A program made the position numbers and the translations under genes. A stretch of DNA of 63,657 nt, the filler included, from Octopus bimaculoides (taxonomy: Eukaryota): assembly GCF_001194135.2 (NCBI RefSeq). It is 5 parts of 5 records of this genome, joined end to end, with 100 filler letters (N's around TTAATTAATTAA, not from the genome) between each part and the next. Parts side by side here need not be neighbours in the genome. Positions count along the whole stretch, not along the records: positions 23,868 to 51,672 come from NC_069007.1; positions 51,773 to 59,660 come from NC_068986.1; positions 59,761 to 61,570 come from NW_026327400.1; positions 61,671 to 63,657 come from NW_026376130.1; 1 more part is not named here. The stretch is one strand, 5' to 3'. Positions 51,379 to 63,220 of this stretch are shown here, piece after piece; within the stretch, counting starts at the first letter, position 1, and every line of letters begins with the position of its first letter. The notes beneath the pieces were generated by a model, which saw only the letters and a program-made list of their open reading frames with translations, did not search any database and was not told the origin of the DNA.

Positions 51379-51827
51379 GTACTATATGTACTACTTGTGT
51401 TTGTGTCTATGTATATGTAAGTTGTATGTATGTAAATATATGTATATATATATATACATATATGTATGTATATGTATCCTACTTGTGTTTGTATCTGTGT
51501 ATGTATGTATAATGTATATATGTATGTATATATATTATATATATGTATACATATCATATATTCATATATAAATATATACATCTTGTGTGTGTAACCATGT
51601 ATGTGTATGTATATATTTATATATACATATATATGTACATGTGTACACACATACTGTACATAGACATGTATTNNNNNNNNNNNNNNNNNNNNNNNNNNNN
51701 NNNNNNNNNNNNNNNNTTAATTAATTAANNNNNNNNNNNNNNNNNNNNNNNNNNNNNNNNNNNNNNNNNNNNTATACACATATATATATATATAATAATA
51801 TATATATATAATATATATGCATATATA

Positions 51828-51875
<48 letters not shown>

Positions 51876-51884
51876 CGTGTATGT

Positions 51885-52095
51885 GTGTGTATGTTTGTCC
51901 CCCTCCCACAATATCGTTTGACAACCGATGTTGGTGTGTTCACGTCCCCGTAACTTTGCGGTTCGGCAAAAGAGTCCGATAGAATAAGTACTAGGCTTAC
52001 AAAGAATAAGTCCTGGGGTCGATTTGTTCAACTAAAGGTGGTGCTCCAGCATGGCCGCAGTCAACTGACTGAAACTAATGAAAGAATAAAAGAAT
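51885..52095 (+). mobile_element. SINE family A right half (left half probably lost at the gap)
   Basis: tgtttgtcccc...aaaggtggtgctccagcatggccgcagtc. Confidence 0.85.
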
Positions 52096-52479
52096 ATATA
52101 CACGATAGGTTTTAGCCACAGTTTCCGTCTGCCAAATTTACTCGCATGGCATTGGTCGGTGTACGAGAAACTTGCTCAAGGCAGGAGGCTGTAAAGCGTG
52201 TTTCTCATCCACGCAGCAAGGCTCGCACCAATTTTCTATGGTGATTAGAATTTATTCTCTGCTAGCTTATTCATCATATCCTGTGCGAGGATTAATCAAG
52301 ATTTTGTGCTGGAGATGGAGAACCAAGGTTGACTACAAGAAAAATGGTTTTTGAAGAGACTTGATCTCTACTTTTGCTTCTGGGATCTCATGATGGCTTT
52401 TGATCCTGTTAATTATGGTTCGTTACTGGTAATTCTTAGAACAGTTTATTGTCCTCATAAATTTACAAATATTCTTTTA

Positions 52480-52902
52480 TACTCTATGCACAAGGCCTGA
52501 AATTTTTGGAGAGAGGTCCAGTCGATTAGGTCGACCCCAGTACGCAACTGGTACTTAATTTCGACCCCGAAAGGATGAAAGGCAAAGTCGACCTCGGTGG
52601 AATTTGAAAGCAGAACGTAACAGCAGACGAAATGCCGCTAAGCATTTCGCCCGGCGTGCTAACGTTTCTTATTTCTTTACTGCCCACAAGGGGCTAAACA
52701 TAGAGGGGACAAACAAGGGCAGACAAACGGATTAAGTCGATTACTTCGACCCCAGTGCGTAACTGGTACTTAATTTATCGACCCCAAAAGGATGACAGGC
52801 CAAGGCGACGTCGGCGGAATTTGAACTCAGGACGTAACTGCAGACGAAATACCACTAAGCATTTCGCGTGGCGTGCTAACCATTCTGCCAGCTCGCCGCC
52901 TT
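52480..52902 (-). mobile_element. Dimeric SINE family B
   Basis: Two B monomers joined by the reverse complement of the spacer seen at 24836-24899 (ttcttatttctttactgcccacaaggggctaaacatagaggggacaaacaagggcagacaaacgg). Confidence 0.9.
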
Positions 52903-53055
52903 TAAACTTGCGAATATTATTAAATCCTTTTTTGTGAGTATATATTGCCGCAAATCGAAGCTGTTCAGCCTAATTTTCAATCAGTAGGAAGATGAATAAA
53001 ATAAGAAAGAAAGATTCTAACAAGGCAGAGAGTTTAAAAAAAAAAAAACTTTGTA

Positions 53056-53247
53056 TTTCGGGTACAAAAGACTATCTTCAGAAGAATACAATCAAAGAAA
53101 TGTGTATTTACATGAATCCTGCCATTTTGGAGGACCCGGTGTTTGAGTTAGCAGCAACAGTAGCTGGAACATCCAAAATGACAGGAGCTATGTAAATAGA
53201 CATTTCTTTGACTGAACCCTTCTGATGATAGTCCATTGCACCCGAAA
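53056..53247. mobile_element. Whole-element imperfect palindrome (fold-back/MITE-like), about 190 bp
   Basis: tttcgggtacaaaagactatcttcagaag...caaagaaatgtgtatttacatgaatcctgccattttgga pairs with tccaaaatgacaggagctatgtaaatagacatttctttg...cttctgatgatagtccattgcacccgaaa. Confidence 0.75.
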
Positions 53248-53569
53248 GGTTTTTCTTTGAAAAATCTTTCTGCATTGTTAGAAGCTTTCCTTTTTTCTCA
53301 TTTCATTCATCGTTCTGCTTCTGTACTGCAACACTTCCACCGAACAACAACGTTTTTCTTTTATTTTCAATCATTGCTGACGTAAAGTAGACATGATATA
53401 ATTAGTTCGTCTCAACATACCAAATATGCTACACTTATTCTATTTGCTATATTTTACCGCAAAAGAATTTTCTTTTTTTTTTTATTAAACCACTTCTGGT
53501 ACTTATATACGCTACCGCACAAATTCTTCAACCCCAAACTGTTTAATTCTAAATCACACATTTTAGCAT

Positions 53570-53900
53570 CTCTGATAAGAGACCACTTTGTACGCTGATG
53601 ACGGTGATATCGTCACACACAATGAAAAAGATTTACAAACTGTTATAGATAAAATTTCTTTGGCATGTAACATGCTAAGCCTCAAAATAATTCTTGATAA
53701 ATCATTTATTCTTTATCAGCTCTGTTCTGGAATGCCTCTTGCGTATCCTAAGATCACGGTATGGGGTAAAACTTTGAAAAATCTTGTTTTGTTATATCTT
53801 GACAGCCCGTTAAATGGGAAGAGAAAACTTGATGACTAAATTGTAAATAAAATTTAGAAATCATATCTTTTGCAAAGTTACAATCTTTGCTATGACCTTA
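53570..53900 (+). pseudogene. RTE/BovB-type LINE reverse-transcriptase fragment
   Basis: LYADDGDIVTHNEKDLQTVIDKISLACNMLSLKI...YQLCSG...PKITVWGKTL...YLDSPLN...LDD*I (YADD catalytic motif with RTE-BovB flanking residues). Confidence 0.8.
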
Positions 53901-54835
53901 ACACTATAAAAGCAATGATACCAAAATAGTTGAGTAGATGCGTGAAGTAGCGACAGAAAGTATGCAAACTTAAAACTAGTTTAATTATGTTTGAGAGATA
54001 TTTGAAGTTATTTAAGCTTTACACTGCAGATTGTTGTGAAAAAAGAATTTCTCATTAAAGTCATGCATTTTGTGTTTTTAATGTATAGTTGTGAATCACG
54101 GGCATTGTATTCAAACTGTGTTAAATTGTAATGTATTCCGTTGTCTTCAACAAATTTTGTCTTAAAGTGACCATGTTGCGTTTAAGTCTTGGAGTTATCA
54201 AATATTGTAAAGCACATATCTCAGGTGATGTGGCAGACAAAGATAGGTAGGCCGTTTAGTTCGTAAAAAAGATGAAAGAATTTCAAAACATCTACTCCAT
54301 GGGGAACACGATTCTTTATAGAGTAAATATTTTGATATTGTTTTATCAAAGGAGCGCCTTATAAAGACGGGTTTAAATATGATCTTGAAAAGAAGTAATA
54401 TTCATGTGGAACGTTTGATAAAATAGTTGATTGGGCATCATGGAGAAGATATATTCAAGTATTTTTATGGGAACCGAATTAAATAATCTCATCTGCAAGA
54501 GATCGTCGACCTCGTTCTTCCTGCGCAAGGAATGGATCAATAATGTGGTTTTTTTTTTTAAATGTTCAACTAGTATCAAAGTTTCTCTTTTTAAGACTGG
54601 TCTTACTCAAGTCAATAATAGATCAATAACACCCGAAAGAATATACTTCTGATAGTCATATAATAAATGTTGTGTGTCTGTTGATAGTTTGAAAAACACG
54701 TGACTGGACACGGCGATATTTGTCGCGATTCTGCGTTTAAAAGGACAAATCATTAGAGCTATCTTTGCTTAGCAGCCCATTAAAAGAGTAATAACCATTC
54801 TCATTATTCAGCTGACTTTCACTCTCTTCATATAT

Positions 54836-54912
<77 letters not shown>

Positions 54913-54969
54913 CACACACACACACATGCCATTCGCACGATTTAAGAAGGATATATTGAACCGTTAACC

Positions 54970-55158
54970 TCTACACGTTGTTTTTCCTCTCACCGTTCTT
55001 TTTTTCGCTTTCTCTCCGTTTTTTTCTCTCTCAATCTTTTCTGTCAAAGAGCGTAGGCTCGAAACGTCAAAGACTTTCCCATTCTTCCCGAGCGTTAAAC
55101 TAATAAACCCGCTTGTTGTTCCTACACCTGTCTTCTTTTGTTTTCTGTAAATTTGAAC
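54970..55158 (+). mobile_element. Penelope-like terminal repeat (P1) with hammerhead-like motif
   Basis: tctttt-CTGTCAA-A-GAGC-GTAG-GCTC-GAAA-C-GTC-aaagac (55035-55074); homologous to 1485-1628 and 84-166; ends at a CA microsatellite. Confidence 0.65.
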
Positions 55159-55180
55159 TGCACACACAGACACAGACACA

Positions 55181-55219
<39 letters not shown>

Positions 55220-55743
55220 ACACACACACATACAGATATGTATATGTGAGTGTGCACATGTATTCATGTATTTGCGCATGTATGTGTATATATACGTATA
55301 TACGTGTATGCGTGGATATGTGTGTACGTGTGGATGTATGTATATGTGTGGATATATGCATCTGTCTCTGTGTATATACATGGACGTACGGACACATATA
55401 TGTATGCGTATATATGTACACGTGCGTACTTGCATATATATACAAATCCTGCATATATATACAAATCCTGCATATATATACAAATCTTCATGACATTATT
55501 CTTACTTCATAAACAAATATATCATTCCTTTATTAACTATAAACTTACCTTATTTATATTATATTTATATTTAAATTTCCTCTATCATCTCTATTTAATA
55601 TATTCATTTATTGTCCTAATTCTATTTACCTACTCTATCTTACCTCCAATCAACCCCTAAAACCCTCTCCCCAACATATAACAATACAAATCATAGACCG
55701 TATCATTCAGTCTGCTATATTGAATCCATAAACACAGATAAAA

Positions 55744-55797
55744 CATCCAAGGGTATATTTTCATCCAAGGGTATATTTTCATCCAAAGGTATATTTT
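55744..55797. repeat. 18-bp tandem repeat, 3 copies
   Basis: catccaa(g/a)ggtatatttt x3. Confidence 0.85.
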
Positions 55798-56011
55798 CTT
55801 TCTCTCTGTAGATATTATGCTCAGCTCATATAAATATAAATTTAATATTTACTTAATATTTACTGAGTATTTATTGAAACAGCTGTAAGTGGAGATGATT
55901 AATTTGCTGTTAATGATAAACAATTAACTTCCCAATCGCCATTTCTTCTTCTTTTTATATGAATATAAACAATGTTTATATATATATATACGTACTATTT
56001 TAAGGAAATTA

Positions 56012-56173
56012 CCGTATTTTAAAGTGTATAAGGAATCCCCTAATTTTGGGGCTTAAAATTCGGAGAAAAGGTTTTGTAAGGGATTATAATACTATCCATG
56101 TATAAGAAACTCCCATATTTTTTTAACCTAAATTTTTGACAAAAGAGTGTTCCTTATACACGTTAAAATACGG
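56012..56173. mobile_element. Tc1/mariner-superfamily (Tc2/pogo-like) MITE
   Basis: TA|ccgtattttaaagtgtataagga ... tccttatacacgttaaaatacgg|TA: imperfect TIRs with TA target-site duplication. Confidence 0.75.
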
Positions 56174-56269
56174 TAATTCCCCGAAAATACTAGGTACTGA
56201 ACCAGTATTTCCTTGGATCAAGCCATCTCTTCATGAGGTTAACACAACTTCTAATCGAACACACACATA

Positions 56270-56433
56270 CAGGCGTAGGAGTGGCTGTGTGGTAAGTAGC
56301 TTGCTTACGAACCGCATGGTTCCGTGTTCAATCCCACTGCGTGGCACCTTGGGCAAGTGTCTTCTACTATAGCCTCGGGCCGACCAAAGCCTTATGAGTG
56401 GATTTGGTAGACGGAAACTGAAAGAAGCCCGTC

Positions 56434-56512
<79 letters not shown>

Positions 56513-56722
56513 TGTGTGGGTGTGTATGTGTTTGTCCCCCCAACATCGCTTGACAACCGATGCTGGTGTGTTTACGTCCCCGTAACTTAGCGGGTCTGCC
56601 AAAGAGATCCAATAGAATAAGTACTAGGCTTCCAAAGAATAAGGCCTGGGGTCGATTTGATCGACTAAAGGCGGTGCTCCAGCATGGCCACAGTCAAATG
56701 ACTGAAACACGTAAAAGAGTAA
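56270..56722 (+). mobile_element. SINE family A, best-preserved copy
   Basis: A box tggctgtgtgg, B box gttcaatcc, ccttgggcaagt central motif, internal (TA)n(TATG)n tract, tail aaaggcggtgctccagcatggccacagtcaaatgactgaaacacgtaaaagag. Confidence 0.92.
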
Positions 56723-57565
56723 AAGTGTATACGGATACATATCTCTCTGTCACTTTCTCCTACATACCTATATGTATGCATGTATTTTTATATACACACA
56801 TTTATGTACGTAGAAGCAAAGATATGTGCATATATGTATGTATGTATGTATATATATACATATATTAATACACACACATAACGTATATCTATTCGCACAG
56901 GCACACACACATCTGTTTGTGTATACTCATCCATTCGAATTAAAGATCTGAACCCGTAGACGTTGAAGACAGACATTGCGATTATCTCGCTAATGCACAT
57001 GCATAATGCGCCCCCGCAACGCTGTCACCTCCAATACTATGAATCCAACTGTGGGACAGGAAATGATCGCCATTGAAACAGATTGTGCTCTGTAATCCAA
57101 TCACAATCTCAGTCCCGATGCAATGAGAATACGAACGCTCTAACTTGTTTGATTAGTTTTACACGAGAAATCGAACAAAACAACGACTAATGTTTCCGGT
57201 CTTTCTTTTATATTTCGTTGCGCTTTTCTGACGCTTTGCACAAAAAGACAGTTTGAAGAAAGATAAAGAATTATGGGAACAATTCATTCACGAGCTGCCG
57301 AAAAATGTATATAAAATGTATATAAAAAAAAATTCGTACATTGTTATATTTTGTAGATTTTGTTCTTAGCTCAATTAAAGTGGAAACAGTTGTAGCGGTG
57401 GTGGTGGTGGTGGTGAGAAGAAAGAGGGAGAGAGAGAGAGAAAGAAAGAAAATACCTGTAATAATACAGCACAATATGGTTTGTGTTGTAATTGTTGGTA
57501 TATAATAGCAAGATATCGCAAAGAATATATAATACAATAGCAATAAATTATACAGGATACTCGTG

Positions 57566-57616
<51 letters not shown>

Positions 57617-57619
57617 CAA

Positions 57620-57670
<51 letters not shown>

Positions 57671-57679
57671 GTCTATCTG

Positions 57680-57725
<46 letters not shown>

Positions 57726-58199
57726 NNNNNNNNNNNNNNNNNNNNNNNNNNNNNNNNNNNNNNNNNNNNNNNNNNNNNNNNNNNNNNNNNNNNNNNNNNN
57801 NNNNNNNNNNNNNNNNNNNNNNNNNNNNNNNNNNNNNNNNNNNNNNNNNNNNNNNNNNNNNNNNNNNNNNNNNNNNNNNNNNNNNNNNNNNNNNNNNNNN
57901 NNNNNNNNNNNNNNNNNNNNNNNNNNNNNNNNNNNNNNNNNNNNNNNNNNNNNNNNNNNNNNNNNNNNNNNNNNNNNNNNNNNNNNNNNNNNNNNNNNNN
58001 NNNNNNNNNNNNNNNNNNNNNNNNNNNNNNNNNNNNNNNNNNNNNNNNNNNNNNNNNNNNNNNNNNNNNNNNNNNNNNNNNNNNNNNNNNNNNNNNNNNN
58101 NNNNNNNNNNNNNNNNNNNNNNNNNNNNNNNNNNNNNNNNNNNNNNNNNNNNNNNNNNNNNNNNNNNATATATATATAATTTATATTTTAGATGTTTCA

Positions 58200-58560
58200 A
58201 TTATCGGGCTGCATCCACCACCTCGAAGGGTTTAGTTGGACTAATCGACCCAGTACTTATTCTATCAGAACCTCAAAATTACGGGGACGTAAACAAACCA
58301 TGACTAGTTGTCAAGCAGTACGAGGTTGGAGGCAAAAACAAATATAAAACCATTCACATGCACACACTGGCACACATACACACGCACACACACACACACA
58401 ACGGGCTTCCACACAGTTTCCGCACATCACATTAATTTACAAGGCTTTGGTCTGCTAGGGGCTATATACATATAGAAGACACTTGTTTAAGGTGTCGCAC
58501 AGTGGGAATAAACTCCAAACTGCAAAGTGACATTCTTAAACTATACAGCCATACATACAA
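58200..58560 (-). mobile_element. SINE family A, degenerate
   Basis: cggggacgtaaac...acgggcttcc...gaagacacttg...ctatacagcc. Confidence 0.55.
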
Positions 58561-58589
58561 GCCTATAGTACCAGGCGCCATCGAAGAGG

Positions 58590-59420
58590 TCCAAATAGAC
58601 CGAAACCAAGTCAACCATGTCCATCGCCAGAGTGTCAGAGTTTATCAGGCAGGTAATGCATGAAGACATTTAGTATTCCTTATACAAGATGAGAACGGGC
58701 CAATTTTTATCCCAAGCCATCAATGGCAAGAGGAAAGACCACATTACGAAGCTTTTGAACAAACTCAAGCAGCCTTTCCAACCGAACATACTTTAGTTTT
58801 TCTCAGACGAAGAAAATTTCTGTCAGGATCAGATGGTGAACACACAGAACAACCGTTGGCTTGCTGTGTCCCCAAAACATGTACCGAGAGTGATAAAAAT
58901 CGAACATCCAGTCAACATAATGGTGTTTGGAGTGATCACTAATGATGGTGGAGTTATGTCCTCAGTCATCTTCCCACACGGCCTCAGACTCAACACGGTG
59001 ACCTACATCAAGTGCCTGGAGTGGGTAGTGCTGCCCTGGGTCAAGAGGATGGCTGCTGGAAGACGCTATGTCTGGCAACAGGACTCTGCACCATGTTACA
59101 CAAGCAGGAGAACCCAGTCATGGCTGTCAGACAATTTTTGAAACCACGTCACCCCTAACGTCTGGCCACCTGACTCCCCAGACTGCAACCCCCTTGATTA
59201 TTATGAGTAGAGCACAGCTGAGCGAGAGACCGACTCCTTGTAATACCAAAGATGAACTGAAGGCAAGGATTATGGCAGCCTTGACCAACTTAAACAAGGA
59301 GACCGTCCAGAAGAGTTGCAGGAGATCCCGAAGTCGTCTGGAAGCCGTGGTTTTAAGCCAATGGTGATTTTATTGAATAAATTTCCTCTTTAGTATTTCA
59401 AGATATTTTTATGTAATTTT
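58590..59420 (+). mobile_element. maT-family (DD37D) Tc1/mariner transposase, decayed
   Basis: FFSDEENFCQDQMVNTQNNRW...IMVFGVI...YVWQQDSAPC...WPPDSPDCNPLDYY. I count 37 residues between the second D (QQD, 59082) and the third D (PLD, 59196). In-frame stops present; ends with GDFIE*. Confidence 0.85.
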
Positions 59421-59422
59421 GG

Positions 59423-59660
59423 TAAATATAACTGTGTGCAAAACTAGTCCTGGTGCCAACTGCAAAGCCAGAAATGTAGTCTACAAAATAAGCTGTATGG
59501 ATGGTGAGTGTAAAAACAGAAACACGACATACATAGGTGAAACGGCAAGAAGTTTGGCTGAGCGTGTAAACGAACATTGGAGGGACTATAATAATCAAAA
59601 ATAAACCTCGGTGCTCTACCAGCATGCCAAAGAACAACATGGTGGTGTACTGGACAGAAT
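59423..59660 (+). mobile_element. Penelope-like element GIY-YIG endonuclease fragment
   Basis: VCKTSPGANCKARNVVYKISCMDGECKNRNTTYIGETARSLAERVNEHWRDYNNQK*TSVLYQH: VVY...YIGETxR..R..EH signature; truncated by a gap. Confidence 0.85.
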
Positions 59661-59760
59661 NNNNNNNNNNNNNNNNNNNNNNNNNNNNNNNNNNNNNNNN
59701 NNNNTTAATTAATTAANNNNNNNNNNNNNNNNNNNNNNNNNNNNNNNNNNNNNNNNNNNN

Positions 59761-59798
<38 letters not shown>

Positions 59799-61536
59799 CA
59801 GTCATTTTAGTATTTAAGTAAGCATGGTTTAATATTCAATTATTTTTCTGCAAAGCATGTAATTACTTTCAAAATTACCAAGCATCAAATAACTGCTTAA
59901 GAGATCAGGATCTTATGTGCATTTTTATTCTTTCATTTTTGTAGGTTACCAGTGAAGGTCTATGTTCTTCAGATGAACAAAAGGAACCTAGAACCTTCCA
60001 GAACCGAATGAAACCTTGCGAGCAACCAATCAGCCTCTTTGTCATCATTTCATGGACACTTTTGCAGGCACTACAGATTTGAACTAAATATCTGATACTA
60101 CCATAAAATTATTGATTTCTGTTAAATGCTATAACTGCCTTGTTTTTGTATATAATGCATTGACAAATTCTTGATTTATCTTCAATCTTTATAAATGTCT
60201 ATCTATAACAAAACATTTGCATCAATGAAGTAAGCCCAGCTAATTTTTTTGTATTTCTTTCCTCTTATATGAGTTATCGTCAGTTAAACACAGTATGGAT
60301 ATTTATCAACATGGTTATGCATATCATTGATTTTTGAAACATATTTTGGAATAATCTCTTGAAAATTTTTTAAGAATTTGAATCCATGCCAATTTTCTAC
60401 AAATGAGCAGCAATTATGATTGGGTTTTTGTCCACATTAAACATATTCTTGAAACTATTTACAACTTCATGATTAAAGTTTGTGATGGTCACTTTACTAA
60501 AGTTTATTATATACTTTCTGTCATTTTACTTCAGTGGAATCAACATATTCAGATTTCATTCTGTCACATTTATACATACATAAATTCAGAATTATAACCC
60601 TTGATATTATCAAGTTTTAAATTCAATCTTTTCATCCCTTTTGAATCCAGGGTCATTTTTTTTTAAATACTAAAATTATGTGTTGCAGAATTCATTTTTC
60701 TTCTTGGTGATTGTGAAGCTATGTGTTTTTTATACCCATGTTTAACCATTCTTTCTACAAAGAAATACTTTACTTTATATGCTATACCATTATAATATAC
60801 TTACTAAAAGGAAAAAGATCACTGTACATATATGGGATTCTTCCAACAATAATTTATGTTAGAGATGTTGCAATGTTAAGGTTGTCATTGCTTGTGAACA
60901 GTTATCAAATTGTTCCTGCAAAGTGCTTGATTATTCTTGTTTAAATAAATTCCTTGAAATATTTAATTTCTTACCAATTCTATTTTTCTATTCAAATAAA
61001 TATGGATTGTTGCGCATTTTAATTAGTAATTTTTTCACTATTTCAGTAAGTACTATCAAGGCTAGGCTTTGCTGACAAGGTCATAATAAAGCCAAAACAT
61101 GTTCAGAGTTGATAAAAATATCAAAATATTATCAGTAATTAATATCATGATGTTTTTTAGCTGCTTATTATTTCAAGTTTATTTTTCTAATTCTCCATGC
61201 ATTAAATATGTTATCACTAGCTTTTCTTTGTTTTCTAACCTAGAAACTATCTCACAGACATCAAGCTAAATTAAGAGAAGTTAATAGAAGTCAAAAACAC
61301 TTATGAACAAGACAGGAGAATATAAAGAAGTAACAATTGAGAAAATGAAAACAAAAAGATGAAAAAATTAGTGTGTGTGAAAAGGTGAGTTTTTAATAGA
61401 TTACATAAACATCAAAACACTTAAAGAAGATAGACTAGCAGAAAAATTATGTATCTTACGACAAAATACAAAATTAGAATTTTAAATCTATACTCTAGTT
61501 TAAGCCTTTTTTGTGTGTGTGTGTGCGTGCGTGCGT

Positions 61537-61570
<34 letters not shown>

Positions 61571-61759
61571 NNNNNNNNNNNNNNNNNNNNNNNNNNNNNN
61601 NNNNNNNNNNNNNNTTAATTAATTAANNNNNNNNNNNNNNNNNNNNNNNNNNNNNNNNNNNNNNNNNNNNTATGTATGTATGTATGTATGTATGTATGTA
61701 TGTGTGTGTAAATATATATATATCTTGAATATATTTGAGGTAGTTTGATGCTGCAGTTT

Positions 61760-62160
61760 TCATCTGGGCTTTCCGCCACGAGGTAGGTTCATCCGGAACT
61801 CTTCAGTGGAGAAGATGCAGTTTTATTTTTAGAACATCTCCACCCACCCTATGTAGCTATCTGAAACTTCTAGGATAGATGTTGAAAAGCTGTGCGCAGT
61901 TGAAACCCAAACTGTTGCAGTATCTGCTCCTATATACTTATTGCAATATTGGAACTTTGGCCCTAAGCAGTGGTGCACTTTTATGCTGCTTTTATAAGTT
62001 ACAAAGCCAAAGTTTGATACAAGTTCTCCCAAGATTATCCATCACATTTTCGGTGAGTTAACTTGTGATTCCCGAACGACAATGTAACCCTCATATAATT
62101 AAGGTATCTTCAGCCTGTTGGACATATGTATCCTGGATTTCACCAGTTCCACACCCTCAA
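61760..62160 (+). pseudogene. Very decayed CR1/Jockey-group LINE 3' fragment
   Basis: KLLG*MLKSCAQL...TLALSSGALLCCFYKL resembles LKLLDxVQxxA...SLxHRRxVAxLCxFYK. Confidence 0.3.
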
Positions 62161-63186
62161 ATTGGTTATGTATTATATATATATATATATATATATGAAA
62201 TGTGTGTATACACATATATACTGTGTATGTGTATATCAATGTATATTAAGATGTGAATATGTGTATTTATATCTNNNNNNNNNNNNNNNNNNNNNNNNNN
62301 NNNNNNNNNNNNNNNNNNNNNNNNNNNNNNNNNNNNNNNNNNNNNNNNNNNNNNNNNNNNNNNNNNNNNNNNNNNNNNNNNNNNNNNNNNNNNNNNNNNN
62401 NNNNNNNNNNNNNNNNNNNNNNNNNNNNNNNNNNNNNNNNNNNNNNNNNNNNNNNNNNNNNNNNNNNNNNNNNNNNNNNNNNNNNNNNNNNNNNNNNNNN
62501 NNNNNNNNNNNNNNNNNNNNNNNNNNNNNNNNNNNNNNNNNNNNNNNNNNNNNNNNNNNNNNNNNNNNNNNNNNNNNNNNNNNNNNNNNNNNNNNNNNNN
62601 NNNNNNNNNNNNNNNNNNNNNNNNNNNNNNNNNNNNNNNNNNNNNNNNNNNNNNNNNNNNNNNNNNNNNNNNNNNNNNNNNNNNNNNNNNNNNNNNNNNN
62701 NNNNNNNNNNNNNNNNNNNNNNNNNNNNNNNNNNNNNNNNNNNNNNNNNNNNNNNNNNNNNNNNNNNNNNNNNNNNNNNNNNNNNNNNNNNNNNNNNNNN
62801 NNNNNNNNNNNNNNNNNNNNNNNNNNNNNNNNNNNNNNNNNNNNNNNNNNNNNNNNNNNNNNNNNNNNNNNNNNNNNNNNNNNNNNNNNNNNNNNNNNNN
62901 NNNNNNNNNNNNNNNNNNNNNNNNNNNNNNNNNNNNNNNNNNNNNNNNNNNNNNNNNNNNNNNNNNNNNNNNNNNNNNNNNNNNNNNNNNNNNNNNNNNN
63001 NNNNNNNNNNNNNNNNNNNNNNNNNNNNNNNNNNNNNNNNNNNNNNNNNNNNNNNNNNNNNNNNNNNNNNNNNNNNNNNNNNNNNNNNNNNNNNNNNNNN
63101 NNNNNNNNNNNNNNNNNNNNNNNNNNNNNNNNNNNNNNNNNNNNNNNNNNNNNNNNNNNNNNNNNNNNNNNNNNNNNNNNNNGAGA

Positions 63187-63220
<34 letters not shown>

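Noticed and set aside
56270-56345. tRNA-like A and B boxes
   Set aside because: These are SINE heads; no cloverleaf, so no tRNA genes were called.
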